From an uncultured Gammaproteobacteria bacterium (lineage in GTDB: Bacteria > Patescibacteriota > Patescibacteriia > UBA11705), in NCBI GenBank assembly GCA_964413735.1, contig CAYPSS010000003.1, forward strand, positions 106,626 through 170,625: a DNA stretch of 64,000 bases, given 5' to 3'. Positions 53,379 to 61,993 of this stretch are shown in pieces. The notes below the pieces were generated by a model. The model worked only from the letters and a program-made list of their open reading frames with translations. It searched no databases and was not told the DNA's origin. Position numbers and translations under genes: made by a program. Position 1 is the stretch's first letter. Each line of letters opens with the position of its first letter.

Positions 53379-54959
53379 TTATTTCTCTTGAGAAAGTTTT
53401 TTCACCATATAAGTGCCAACCAAGCGATAACCCAGTTTGCGATAATAAGCGCGGACTCCGATACCGGAAATTACCGCTATTTTCTCCAGTCCGTGTTGTC
53501 GGGCTAACTCTTCGGCCTTGGCTACTAATTTTTTGCCAAACCCCAAGTGTTGAATGGCTTGATTGTTTGATTGATCAATCCCAACCATTTGACCGTAAGT
53601 GTGGACTTCGCGAATAATGGCGCAATTTTTTAATTCGGGAATATAAACATTGGCCGGATCATTGATTCTTAAGCGCAAAAAAGCGTAAAGAATTTTTTTG
53701 TTGGACGAGCGATAACTTAAGAAATATTCCAAGCCGTCAGAAGCCGGATACTTTTCCAAATAAAAACGTGCTTTGTCAGCTCCGGAAATATTGCCCCGTG
53801 CTTCACGACAGCGAATGCATTTACACCATTGATTTTGCTCGGATAATTTTTGTTGTAAAACTTGTCGTAAATTGGTCATCTGATTGCCGGCTTGAATACT
53901 TTCTTTGGGAATATCACGAATCAAGCGAATGATTCTCACATAATCGGGGATTTGTAATTTCATTTTCAATAATAAATCAATCAATTGTTTATCAGAATAC
54001 GGTCGATATTTGTTTTGTTTCCACCAACTATAAAGTTTGGAATCTTTGGTGACCACGGTCGGATAAATTTTCAGCATGTCTGGCTGGTAGTCACTTAAGT
54101 TAAATAAATCGTGAAACATTTTCAAATCCTTGGTCGGAGTGGCGCCGGGTAAATTAGGCATCATGTGATAAGTGACTTTGAAACCGGCTTGTTTCATTAA
54201 TTTGGTGGCTTTGATGGTTTGTTCATTGGTGCTACCGCGGTGATTGAGCGTTAATATCTTGTTGTCAATGGCTTGAACACCGATTTCGATTCTGGTACAG
54301 CCTAAGCGACGAAAATTAAGCAATTCTTTTTCATTGATATAATCAGGACGAGTTTCCAGTGTTAGCCCGATAATTCGATGTTTAGCGGTTTCATTCCATT
54401 TCTGTGCTTGTTCAAGATCTTTGGCGATTCGTATATTGCAAGCGTCAAAACAGCGTTTAATAAACCAAGTTTGATATTGACGCGGGAAATAATTAAAAGT
54501 CCCACCCATGACAATCAGTTCAATTTTGTCGGTGGCGTGGCCGTTTTTGGTTAGAGCAAATATTCTAGTTTTAACTTGGGCAAAAGGATCAAACTTCAAA
54601 CGAATGGCACGCATGACTGCCGGTTCGTTAGACAAATAGCTTTTGGGCATTTGTTTTTCCGTAGGACAAAAAGCACATTTGCCGGGACAGGGATAATGTT
54701 TGGTCAAAACCGCAATCGGCGCAACGCCCGACATGGTACGAATGGCGCGTTTACGAAGTAATCGTGCAATTTCCGGTCGGGGGGTAATTTTTTTCTTTTT
54801 TACTTGTTCTAGATAATATGCCAAAAGAGACGCATTGGTGATGTTGGGTTTTTTATATTTATCAGCTAAGCGATTTTTGATTTTTTTTAAGCGGTTTTGA
54901 TTGGGAACCTTGGCTGATAAAAGAGCGTGTAAAATTGAATCTAAATATTCGTTTTTCAT
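53379..54959 (-). CDS. Elp3-type radical SAM/GNAT tRNA uridine(34) acetyltransferase
   Basis: CPGKCAFCP, ETRPD, LKIYP, REVHTYG, QHLGFG, VISGIGVRAYY. Confidence 0.93.
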   Translation of the reverse strand: MKNEYLDSILHALLSAKVPNQNRLKKIKNRLADKYKKPNITNASLLAYYLEQVKKKKITPRPEIARLLRKRAIRTMSGVAPIAVLTKHYPCPGKCAFCPTEKQMPKSYLSNEPAVMRAIRLKFDPFAQVKTRIFALTKNGHATDKIELIVMGGTFNYFPRQYQTWFIKRCFDACNIRIAKDLEQAQKWNETAKHRIIGLTLETRPDYINEKELLNFRRLGCTRIEIGVQAIDNKILTLNHRGSTNEQTIKATKLMKQAGFKVTYHMMPNLPGATPTKDLKMFHDLFNLSDYQPDMLKIYPTVVTKDSKLYSWWKQNKYRPYSDKQLIDLLLKMKLQIPDYVRIIRLIRDIPKESIQAGNQMTNLRQVLQQKLSEQNQWCKCIRCREARGNISGADKARFYLEKYPASDGLEYFLSYRSSNKKILYAFLRLRINDPANVYIPELKNCAIIREVHTYGQMVGIDQSNNQAIQHLGFGKKLVAKAEELARQHGLEKIAVISGIGVRAYYRKLGYRLVGTYMVKKLSQEK

Positions 54960-54961
54960 GT

Positions 54962-55570
54962 TTATTGACCGATTTGGAGGTTGCTTAAATCATTGTTGGT
55001 AATTCCCAGACCGAGATTGCGCATAATTTCAAAGGCATGAATCGGTCGTCCGAGAAAATATCGTTGACCATTATCCGGATTAATATACCACGCTTCACCG
55101 CGACTTTCAACTTGAAGCAAAATTCGGCCTTTCAGGCGCTCGATTAATTGGTAATCAATTTTATCGGGAAATTTGCCCGGACCGTTGGGATTATAACCGT
55201 TAATAAGCTCTTGTTTATCATTAAAAGAATCATCATCGGTGTCTTTGTTATATTTATTGGTACCAATGGCATCTTCCAAAAGATCAACCAATCCATCATT
55301 ATCACTGTCGGTTCCGGATTGGGCGATTAGACCGATCGGGATTTTATTAAGATTTTCCGTGGTGATTCCCAGACCGAATCGGCGCATTAAATTAAAGGCA
55401 TCATCGGGTCGGCCCAAATAATAGCGTAAATTATTTAATGGATTAACATACCAAGCTTCGCCGTTTTCCTCTACTTGCAACAAAATTTTACCCGATAAAT
55501 TAGTAGCACCTATTGTCATGAATGGAATACCTAAAAATAATATAAACAAAACAAAAATTTTTTTTCGCAT
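54962..55570 (-). CDS. Secreted protein with duplicated GxILLQVExxGEAWY repeat and acidic Ca-binding-like linker
   Basis: Two copies of G(K/R)ILLQVE..GEAWY.NP....RY.LGRP..AF..MR..GLGIT around DSDNDG/DTDDD. Confidence 0.75.
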   Translation of the reverse strand: MRKKIFVLFILFLGIPFMTIGATNLSGKILLQVEENGEAWYVNPLNNLRYYLGRPDDAFNLMRRFGLGITTENLNKIPIGLIAQSGTDSDNDGLVDLLEDAIGTNKYNKDTDDDSFNDKQELINGYNPNGPGKFPDKIDYQLIERLKGRILLQVESRGEAWYINPDNGQRYFLGRPIHAFEIMRNLGLGITNNDLSNLQIGQ

Positions 55571-55625
55571 ATTTTGCTTTTGAATAATGTTTATGTTTTA
55601 ATATAATTGAATTATAACAAAAAAT

Positions 55626-56369
55626 ATGACAATAGACAAAAATCATGGCTGGCTTCGAAAAATCAAGGATGGTTATGATAAAATCGCCGGGCAATTTGCT
55701 CAATCACGTAATTATGTGTGGCGCGATAGTGTGGTTTTCTTGGATTATATCAAAGACAATGATCGGGTTTTGGATTTGGGTTGTGGTAATGGACGTTTGG
55801 TCCCATTATTAAGAAAAAAAAACATTGATTATGTTGGGGTTGATGCCAGTCAGGAATTGATTAAAATTGCGGGGCAAAATTTTCCGGAACTTGATTTTCA
55901 AACATTGAACGCCGTTGATTTGGATGATTTTCTGGGTGAGTTTAATGCAATTGTTAGTGTTTCCATGCTTAATCATTTAACTTCTGAATATCATGGGTTA
56001 GTATTTAAAAAAGTTTTTGATCGTTTAGTGCCCGGTGGTTATTTCTTGCTTTCCAATTGGAATATGTGGAATGAGAATAACAAAAAAGGTGTTAAATATT
56101 TTCAAAAAATCAAACAACAATTAACCGATGAGAATTTTCAAGAAAAATATGGGGTGACGAAAAATGAATTACAGGACAATGAAGTTTTGACTTTATGGGG
56201 AGATGAGCAGGTTCCTTTGTATTATTATGCCTTTACTATTGAAGAATTGAAAGATTTGGCGGAAAAAAACAATTTTGAAATTATCAAGTTATATTATTCT
56301 CAAAATGGTCAGTCGGTTGATCAAAGGCAGGCGGAAAATATAGTGGGAATTTTTCGGAAAATTGTGTAG
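55626..56369 (+). CDS. Class I SAM-dependent methyltransferase
   Basis: VLDLGCGNGR, GVDAS, LVPGG. Confidence 0.88.
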   Translation: MTIDKNHGWLRKIKDGYDKIAGQFAQSRNYVWRDSVVFLDYIKDNDRVLDLGCGNGRLVPLLRKKNIDYVGVDASQELIKIAGQNFPELDFQTLNAVDLDDFLGEFNAIVSVSMLNHLTSEYHGLVFKKVFDRLVPGGYFLLSNWNMWNENNKKGVKYFQKIKQQLTDENFQEKYGVTKNELQDNEVLTLWGDEQVPLYYYAFTIEELKDLAEKNNFEIIKLYYSQNGQSVDQRQAENIVGIFRKIV

Positions 56370-56438
56370 TTGATAAAAAATGGTAGATGTGTTAATTTTT
56401 GATGTCTGGTTCTTTGACTCCCCAATAAGGAGGGTAGT
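56370..56438 (+). promoter_or_regulatory. Promoter and leader of cassette 8
   Basis: TTGATA(56370)-17 bp ending TGT-TAATTT; ggttctttga-ctcc-ccaataa-ggagg-gtagt-ATG. Confidence 0.75.
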
Positions 56439-57470
56439 ATGGGTTGGTGGATTTTTGGCAAAAAGGAATCTGAGGCTTTACCGGTTCGCGAAAAAATGAG
56501 TGCGGAAGAAAGAAAATTTCGTGAATTTGGTCAATGGCAAAGACTTTTGAAGGCGACTATTGGAAATTGTTTTAATTTTGAAAGTCCAAAAATTAATCAA
56601 TATTCATTAGAAGCAAAATATCTGAATAATTTGTTCCAAGAGGGACAGTTGCCAATGAGTTTTCCGGAGTTAGTTTTGCAGGAATTTAAGATCAGGATGC
56701 GTTATATTAACTTGAATCAAGTAAGATCTGAGAGAATTGATTTTGCTCAAGAAATTCAACTTTGTCGGGAAAATCTGAAAACTCTCTTGGGTTTTAATGA
56801 TGATCAAGTGAATGAAGTTATCCGGGAAATAATGCAAGACTATTTCAATAAACAAGAATTTGTGTTTGTTTATTACTTGCATTTTGATCATCGGGTATCT
56901 TTGGATGAACAATCAATGTCTTTAATGTATTGCCGAGTTTATGAACATTTTGTGATGCGTGGTGATTTAGCGCAAGTTGAAAAAATGAGAGAATCCGGCA
57001 TGGTTGATCAGGTGATTCAAAACAATAATCGTGCTACTTTGATTCTGCAAATTTTTCGACAGTTACACAGAATGCAATTACAATATGAGTCGCCGACCAT
57101 CTTTCAAAAGCATGAATTTTTCCGTAGTTCGATGGTTCAGTTAAAGGAATTGTTTGTTGAAGCAACTAAAGAGGGTTATTTGGATTTACGAGGCTTACTT
57201 TTGGCTTTGATGGCAGGTCAAGTGGATTGTTTGCCGGTGGTCGAGAATTTGGATGCTGGGTATCAAGAAAAAATTCCCAAGGAAATGTGGCCTCAATTGG
57301 CGCTGCTTCATTGTCAGGTTTTGGCTTGGTCAAAATTTGCTGAAAGGGCTGATTATATTCGTGAAATTGAACGAACAATCAAGCAATATGAAATTAAAGA
57401 AGCGTTTCGTTCTTGGTATCGTCAAGGGCCGGAAATTTATTTGAACCCGGTATTATTATACCGTTTATAA
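56439..57470 (+). CDS. Orphan helical protein, 343 aa (cassette 8)
   Basis: TAAGGAGG SD, long ORF, own terminator. Confidence 0.75.
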   Translation: MGWWIFGKKESEALPVREKMSAEERKFREFGQWQRLLKATIGNCFNFESPKINQYSLEAKYLNNLFQEGQLPMSFPELVLQEFKIRMRYINLNQVRSERIDFAQEIQLCRENLKTLLGFNDDQVNEVIREIMQDYFNKQEFVFVYYLHFDHRVSLDEQSMSLMYCRVYEHFVMRGDLAQVEKMRESGMVDQVIQNNNRATLILQIFRQLHRMQLQYESPTIFQKHEFFRSSMVQLKELFVEATKEGYLDLRGLLLALMAGQVDCLPVVENLDAGYQEKIPKEMWPQLALLHCQVLAWSKFAERADYIREIERTIKQYEIKEAFRSWYRQGPEIYLNPVLLYRL

Positions 57471-57476
57471 TTAATT

Positions 57477-57505
57477 AGATTCACTCAAAAGAGTGGATTT
57501 TTTTT
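57477..57505 (+). terminator. Intrinsic terminator of cassette 8
   Basis: agattcactc-aaaa-gagtggattt plus T tract. Confidence 0.75.
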
Positions 57506-57572
57506 GTAATAATAGAAAAATAGGGAATAAAATACAATTTGAAAAAAATCTTGATTGTGTTATTATAAATAT

Positions 57573-58952
57573 ATGGAAAACACTTATAAAAAAATTTATA
57601 TTTCCGGCATTGGTGGCATTGGGGTGTCAGCTATTGCAAAACTTTACTTGAAACTGGGGGCCCAAGTATTGGGTTCGGATATCGCACCATCAGAAATTAC
57701 CAAGGATTTGGAAAAGCGTGGCGTGAAAATATTTTATTCTCAAACAGCGGAAAATATTCCCGCTGATTTAAATATCCTAATTTATTCCCCGGCGGTACCG
57801 GAAAACAATCCCGAACGACATCGAGCGCGTGAACTTGGTATTGAACAACGCAGTTATCCGCAAGTTTTGGGTGATTTGAGTTGGCAATATCACACCATTG
57901 CCATTTCCGGCACCAATGGTAAATCCACCACTACGGCGATGATCGGTTCGATTATGACTGATGCGAAAAAAGATCCGCTCGTGATTGTGGGTTCAAAAAC
58001 AAAAAAATTTGATGCAAATTTTCGTTTTGGACAAGGGGGCGATTTTGTGGTGGAAGCGTGTGAATATCGCGGCCATATGCTCAATATTCATCCCAGTGCC
58101 ATAATTTTAACCAACATTGAAAAGGATCATTTGGATTATTTTACCAACATTGAACATATTTTGGAGACTTTCCAGAATTATTGCAATAAATTAACTCACC
58201 CTGATGATGTGATTGTTTATAATCGAGATGATTATTTTACGTCGCAGATTGTTTTGCCCAAGTGTCGTCGGATCAGTTATTCGTTAAACAGTAGCGCTGA
58301 TTATGTGGCGAAAAATATAAAAGTGATTGATCATTATCAGGAGTTTTCGGTTTATCATGATGAAAAATGTTTGGGGGTCTTCCAGATTACCATGCCCGGA
58401 GTTTTTAATGTGTATAACGCACTTTCTGCCATTGCTTTTTGTCATTACAGTCAAATTCCGGTGGAAATAATCAAAAAATCATTGAAAACTTTTACCGGTT
58501 TGTGGCGACGGTTTGAAATAATTGAAAATCGATCAATTGTGGTGGTCTCGGATTATGCGCATCATCCAACGGCGGTGCATAATACCATTCGAGCGGCTAA
58601 GGATTTTTATCCCGGACAACGGATTGTCGCGGTTTTCCAACCGCATCAACACAATCGCACGATTAAACTTTTTGATGATTTTGTGAAATCATTTAATGAT
58701 GCTGATGTGATAGTTTTACCGGAAATATTTGATGTGGTTGGTCGAGAAAAAGAGCAAGATCAAATGATTTCATCGCAGGATTTGGTTAATGAAATCAAGA
58801 AAAACTGGCCGGATAAACTGATTTATTATACCGGCAATTTGGATGAGACGGTTAAAAAAGTGAATTCTCTTATTCGCGCTAAAGATGTGGTTTTATTGAT
58901 GGGCGCCGGAGATATAAATAAAATTAATAAACAAATAAAATATGAAGCATGA
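57573..58952 (+). CDS. murC: UDP-N-acetylmuramate--L-alanine ligase (probable start 57573)
   Basis: GIGGIGVS, GTNGKSTT, VEACEY, DYAHHPT, FQPH, MGAGDI. Confidence 0.95.
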   Translation: MENTYKKIYISGIGGIGVSAIAKLYLKLGAQVLGSDIAPSEITKDLEKRGVKIFYSQTAENIPADLNILIYSPAVPENNPERHRARELGIEQRSYPQVLGDLSWQYHTIAISGTNGKSTTTAMIGSIMTDAKKDPLVIVGSKTKKFDANFRFGQGGDFVVEACEYRGHMLNIHPSAIILTNIEKDHLDYFTNIEHILETFQNYCNKLTHPDDVIVYNRDDYFTSQIVLPKCRRISYSLNSSADYVAKNIKVIDHYQEFSVYHDEKCLGVFQITMPGVFNVYNALSAIAFCHYSQIPVEIIKKSLKTFTGLWRRFEIIENRSIVVVSDYAHHPTAVHNTIRAAKDFYPGQRIVAVFQPHQHNRTIKLFDDFVKSFNDADVIVLPEIFDVVGREKEQDQMISSQDLVNEIKKNWPDKLIYYTGNLDETVKKVNSLIRAKDVVLLMGAGDINKINKQIKYEA

Positions 58953-59787
58953 AATGCCAATGGCGGTGGATAGTTTATTAACCGGTAAATTGGAAATTTT
59001 GGACGGACAGTTTGATTTTTATTATGGGACAAAAAAAGATGGTGATTTTAAACCAACTTCTGAAGGTTTTTTTGAGCGATTGGAACAAGTACGTAAACGA
59101 TTAGGTATTACATATATTTTTGCTCCCAGTTTGGCTTTTACCAAAAGAACCGGCTCCTTGACCGGTGAACAAGAGGTCGGTTATGTCGTAGGACCGAAAA
59201 ACCAAAAACTAAAGTATGCTGATGAAGGAATTTTACGTACCGAAGCTAAAGCTGACGGGGGTGTTTTGTTTTATCAAGATTTGAGAGAATTGGGAGTGTC
59301 TCCCGATGAAGTTGCTTTGGCGGGATTTAATGCTGATTGCCCCTTTATTATTGGTTATGATGAAGAACGCCAAGCTTTATTTATGCTTCATGCTGGATTG
59401 GGTTGTATTCATAAGCCAAATGATGATAAAAAGGAAACGATTTTTGAGAACTTAGTAAGAGATTATGGTTTGAATCCAAAAAAAATAAAAATTTTTGTGA
59501 CGGCCGGAATTCAAAAATGTTGTTATGGTCGAAATGATGATGCTTTCCAAAAAGTTTTTGATGAATGGGGTGGTGATTTACAGTCGGTGGCGACTATCGG
59601 GGATCGTGAAGGGCAAACATCTTTGGATTTGAGCGGTTTAATTGAAAAAGATTTGCTTCGCGTCGGTGTTGCTCCGGAAAATATTACTGTTGATAAACAT
59701 TGTACATGCCATGATGGAGAGCATTGGAGCAATGTTAATGGTGAGGATGAACGAAATTTGCTTTTGGTTAAAATGAGAAAAATATGA
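58942..59787 (+). CDS. Laccase-domain / peptidoglycan editing factor PgeF (YfiH)-like protein
   Basis: ADG, ADCP, HAG and CTC motifs; lies between murC and murB. Confidence 0.75.
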   Translation: MKHEMPMAVDSLLTGKLEILDGQFDFYYGTKKDGDFKPTSEGFFERLEQVRKRLGITYIFAPSLAFTKRTGSLTGEQEVGYVVGPKNQKLKYADEGILRTEAKADGGVLFYQDLRELGVSPDEVALAGFNADCPFIIGYDEERQALFMLHAGLGCIHKPNDDKKETIFENLVRDYGLNPKKIKIFVTAGIQKCCYGRNDDAFQKVFDEWGGDLQSVATIGDREGQTSLDLSGLIEKDLLRVGVAPENITVDKHCTCHDGEHWSNVNGEDERNLLLVKMRKI

Positions 59788-59954
59788 CTTTTGAAGAAGA
59801 GGCGAGTCAAAAAATAAAAAACAAAGCGCGTTGTCGTCAGCAAAGTAAAAGACGAGTTTCATTATCCAGCGGAACTTTTAGTCAACAAGTTCAAGGTGGA
59901 AAAGTTAGAACGCGAAAATCAAAAAATAAAGTAAAAATTAATATTAATTTATAA
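59784..59954 (+). CDS. Putative 56-aa basic protein (not in ORF track)
   Basis: ATGA overlap with upstream stop; MTFEEEASQKIKNKARCRQQSKRR...; ends 6 nt before murB. Confidence 0.45.
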   Translation: MTFEEEASQKIKNKARCRQQSKRRVSLSSGTFSQQVQGGKVRTRKSKNKVKININL

Positions 59955-59960
59955 TAATAT

Positions 59961-60917
59961 ATGATTGAACAATGGAAGGAAAAATATAATTTGGAGGTGA
60001 AAGAAAATGAACCACTATCCAACCATACAACTTTCAAAATCGGTGGGCCGGCTAAATACTTTGTGCAAGTTAATAACAAGGTTGATTTGCGACGCGCATT
60101 ACAATTGGCTATTGATAATAAATTAAAATATTTAATTTTAGGCGGTGGAAGCAATGTATTGGTGTCAGATTCGGGTTTTGATGGTTTGATAATCAATGTT
60201 AATGAAGGAGATTACGAGGTTAAGGGTGACAAGGTGTTGGTATTTGCCGGAAATTATTGGCCCAAGTTTGTTAATCAAGTAATTCAAAATGGATTGGAAG
60301 GCTTGGAGTTTAGCGGAAATATTCCCGGATCAGTGGGCGGGTGTGTCCGAGGTAATGCCGGCGCTTATGGCCAAGGAGTTGGTGATTTTGTTTTTGAAGT
60401 AGAAGTTTTGGTAGTGGGTGATAATGAAGTATCTTTGAAAAAATTAACTCAAGCGGAATGTGAATTTGAATATCGGGAAAGTATTTTTAAAAAACAAAGT
60501 AATTTGATAATCAGTGAGGTTGTTTTTCATCTTAAACCGGAAACAAAATCAATCGAAGAAAGGTTAAAACAAGTAGCGGCTGAAGGAGCAACTCGTTGCG
60601 CGAAACAACCGCTTAGATATCCCAGTGCCGGTTGTTCCTTTGTCAATGTTGTCTATGATGATTCTTTGGCGCAGTACAAAGATTGGGAAAGTAATGGAAA
60701 AATTGCGGCGGCGCGGTTTATTGATGCGGCCGGATTAAAGGGTACGCAAATCGGTCAAGCGAAAATCAGTGAAGAGCACGCAAATTTTATTATTAATTTA
60801 GGTGGGGCCACAGCCAATGATGTTATTCAATTATACAGTTTGGTGAAAATGAAAGTCAGAGATCAGTTTGGCGTTCAATTGCAAGAAGAAGTGCAATATG
60901 TGGGCTTTGATTTTTAA
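59961..60917 (+). CDS. murB: UDP-N-acetylenolpyruvoylglucosamine reductase
   Basis: HTTFKIGGPA, GGGSNVL, IPGSVGG, NAGAYG, HANFIIN. Confidence 0.96.
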   Translation: MIEQWKEKYNLEVKENEPLSNHTTFKIGGPAKYFVQVNNKVDLRRALQLAIDNKLKYLILGGGSNVLVSDSGFDGLIINVNEGDYEVKGDKVLVFAGNYWPKFVNQVIQNGLEGLEFSGNIPGSVGGCVRGNAGAYGQGVGDFVFEVEVLVVGDNEVSLKKLTQAECEFEYRESIFKKQSNLIISEVVFHLKPETKSIEERLKQVAAEGATRCAKQPLRYPSAGCSFVNVVYDDSLAQYKDWESNGKIAAARFIDAAGLKGTQIGQAKISEEHANFIINLGGATANDVIQLYSLVKMKVRDQFGVQLQEEVQYVGFDF

Positions 60918-60948
60918 TGACAAAAAATAATAAATAAAAAAATAAGTT

Positions 60949-61251
60949 ATGAACATCAACATCAAAAGTGCGAATATGGATTTGACGGAGGCGATTAAAA
61001 ATTATGTCATGGAAAAGCTGGGTTCAATCGATCGTTATTTTGATAATATTCAAAACATTGATGTGGAAGTGGGGAAAACCACTCGCGGACAACAAAAGGG
61101 CGATGTTTTCTTTTGTGAAATAAATGTGGCTGTGCCGCGAACATTACTACGTTATCGTGAGGAAACCGATGATTTGTATAAGGCGATTAATAATGTGAAA
61201 AAAGGGATTCAATTGGAATTAAATAAATACAAAGAAAAATTAAGAGCTTAA
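60949..61251 (+). CDS. raiA: Ribosome hibernation factor (RaiA/HPF, short form)
   Basis: NMDLTEAIKNYVMEKL, DLYKAIN. Confidence 0.88.
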   Translation: MNINIKSANMDLTEAIKNYVMEKLGSIDRYFDNIQNIDVEVGKTTRGQQKGDVFFCEINVAVPRTLLRYREETDDLYKAINNVKKGIQLELNKYKEKLRA

Positions 61252-61254
61252 ATT

Positions 61255-61869
61255 ATGTATTATCGCACTATTGCTCGTTCCATTTTGAATTTCAAAATCA
61301 ATCCCATCATTAAGATTCTAATTCTTTCAGACTTTGTAGTTTTGAGTGCTTCGAATTTATGTGGTCCGATTTTTGCTCTGTTTATAGTTGAGAGGATTTC
61401 GGGGGCTGGCTTAGAAGTGGTGGGCATTGCTTCGATGATTTATTTTATTTTTAAAGCTTTGTTTGAAGTGCCGGTTGGAATTTTTATCGATCGGACAAAA
61501 GCAGAAAAAGACGATCTCTATACAGCGTTATTTGGTACTATTTTAACAGCGGGGGTTTATTTTTTATTTTCTTACATAAACACAGTTTGGGAATTGTATT
61601 TATTACATGCTTTGCTCGGAATTGGTGCTGCGGTGGCATTTCCTGGTTGGTATTCAATATTTACGCACCATATTGATAAAGAAAAAGAAGCTTTTGAATG
61701 GAGTGTATATGATGTGATGATTGGAATTGGAGCTGCCGGTGCCTCGGCCATTGGTGCCTTGATAGCTGATTTATATGGTTATAATGCACTTTTTTTCATT
61801 GTATCTGGATTTACAGGTTTTGGTGCCTTATTGCTGTTTATTATTAGGAAAAAGGTTCATCAATCTTAA
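61255..61869 (+). CDS. Half-size MFS-like membrane protein
   Basis: 204 aa, about 6 TM, VGIFIDR motif. Confidence 0.7.
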   Translation: MYYRTIARSILNFKINPIIKILILSDFVVLSASNLCGPIFALFIVERISGAGLEVVGIASMIYFIFKALFEVPVGIFIDRTKAEKDDLYTALFGTILTAGVYFLFSYINTVWELYLLHALLGIGAAVAFPGWYSIFTHHIDKEKEAFEWSVYDVMIGIGAAGASAIGALIADLYGYNALFFIVSGFTGFGALLLFIIRKKVHQS

Positions 61870-61993
61870 AAAATTAACTTAAAAATACACAAAAAAATCA
61901 TTAATATGATTTTTTTGTTTTACCAAGTTTAATCGCTTGTTTTTTGTCCTAAATAATGGTAGAATTTATCTGTTAATCATTTAAAATCATTTT

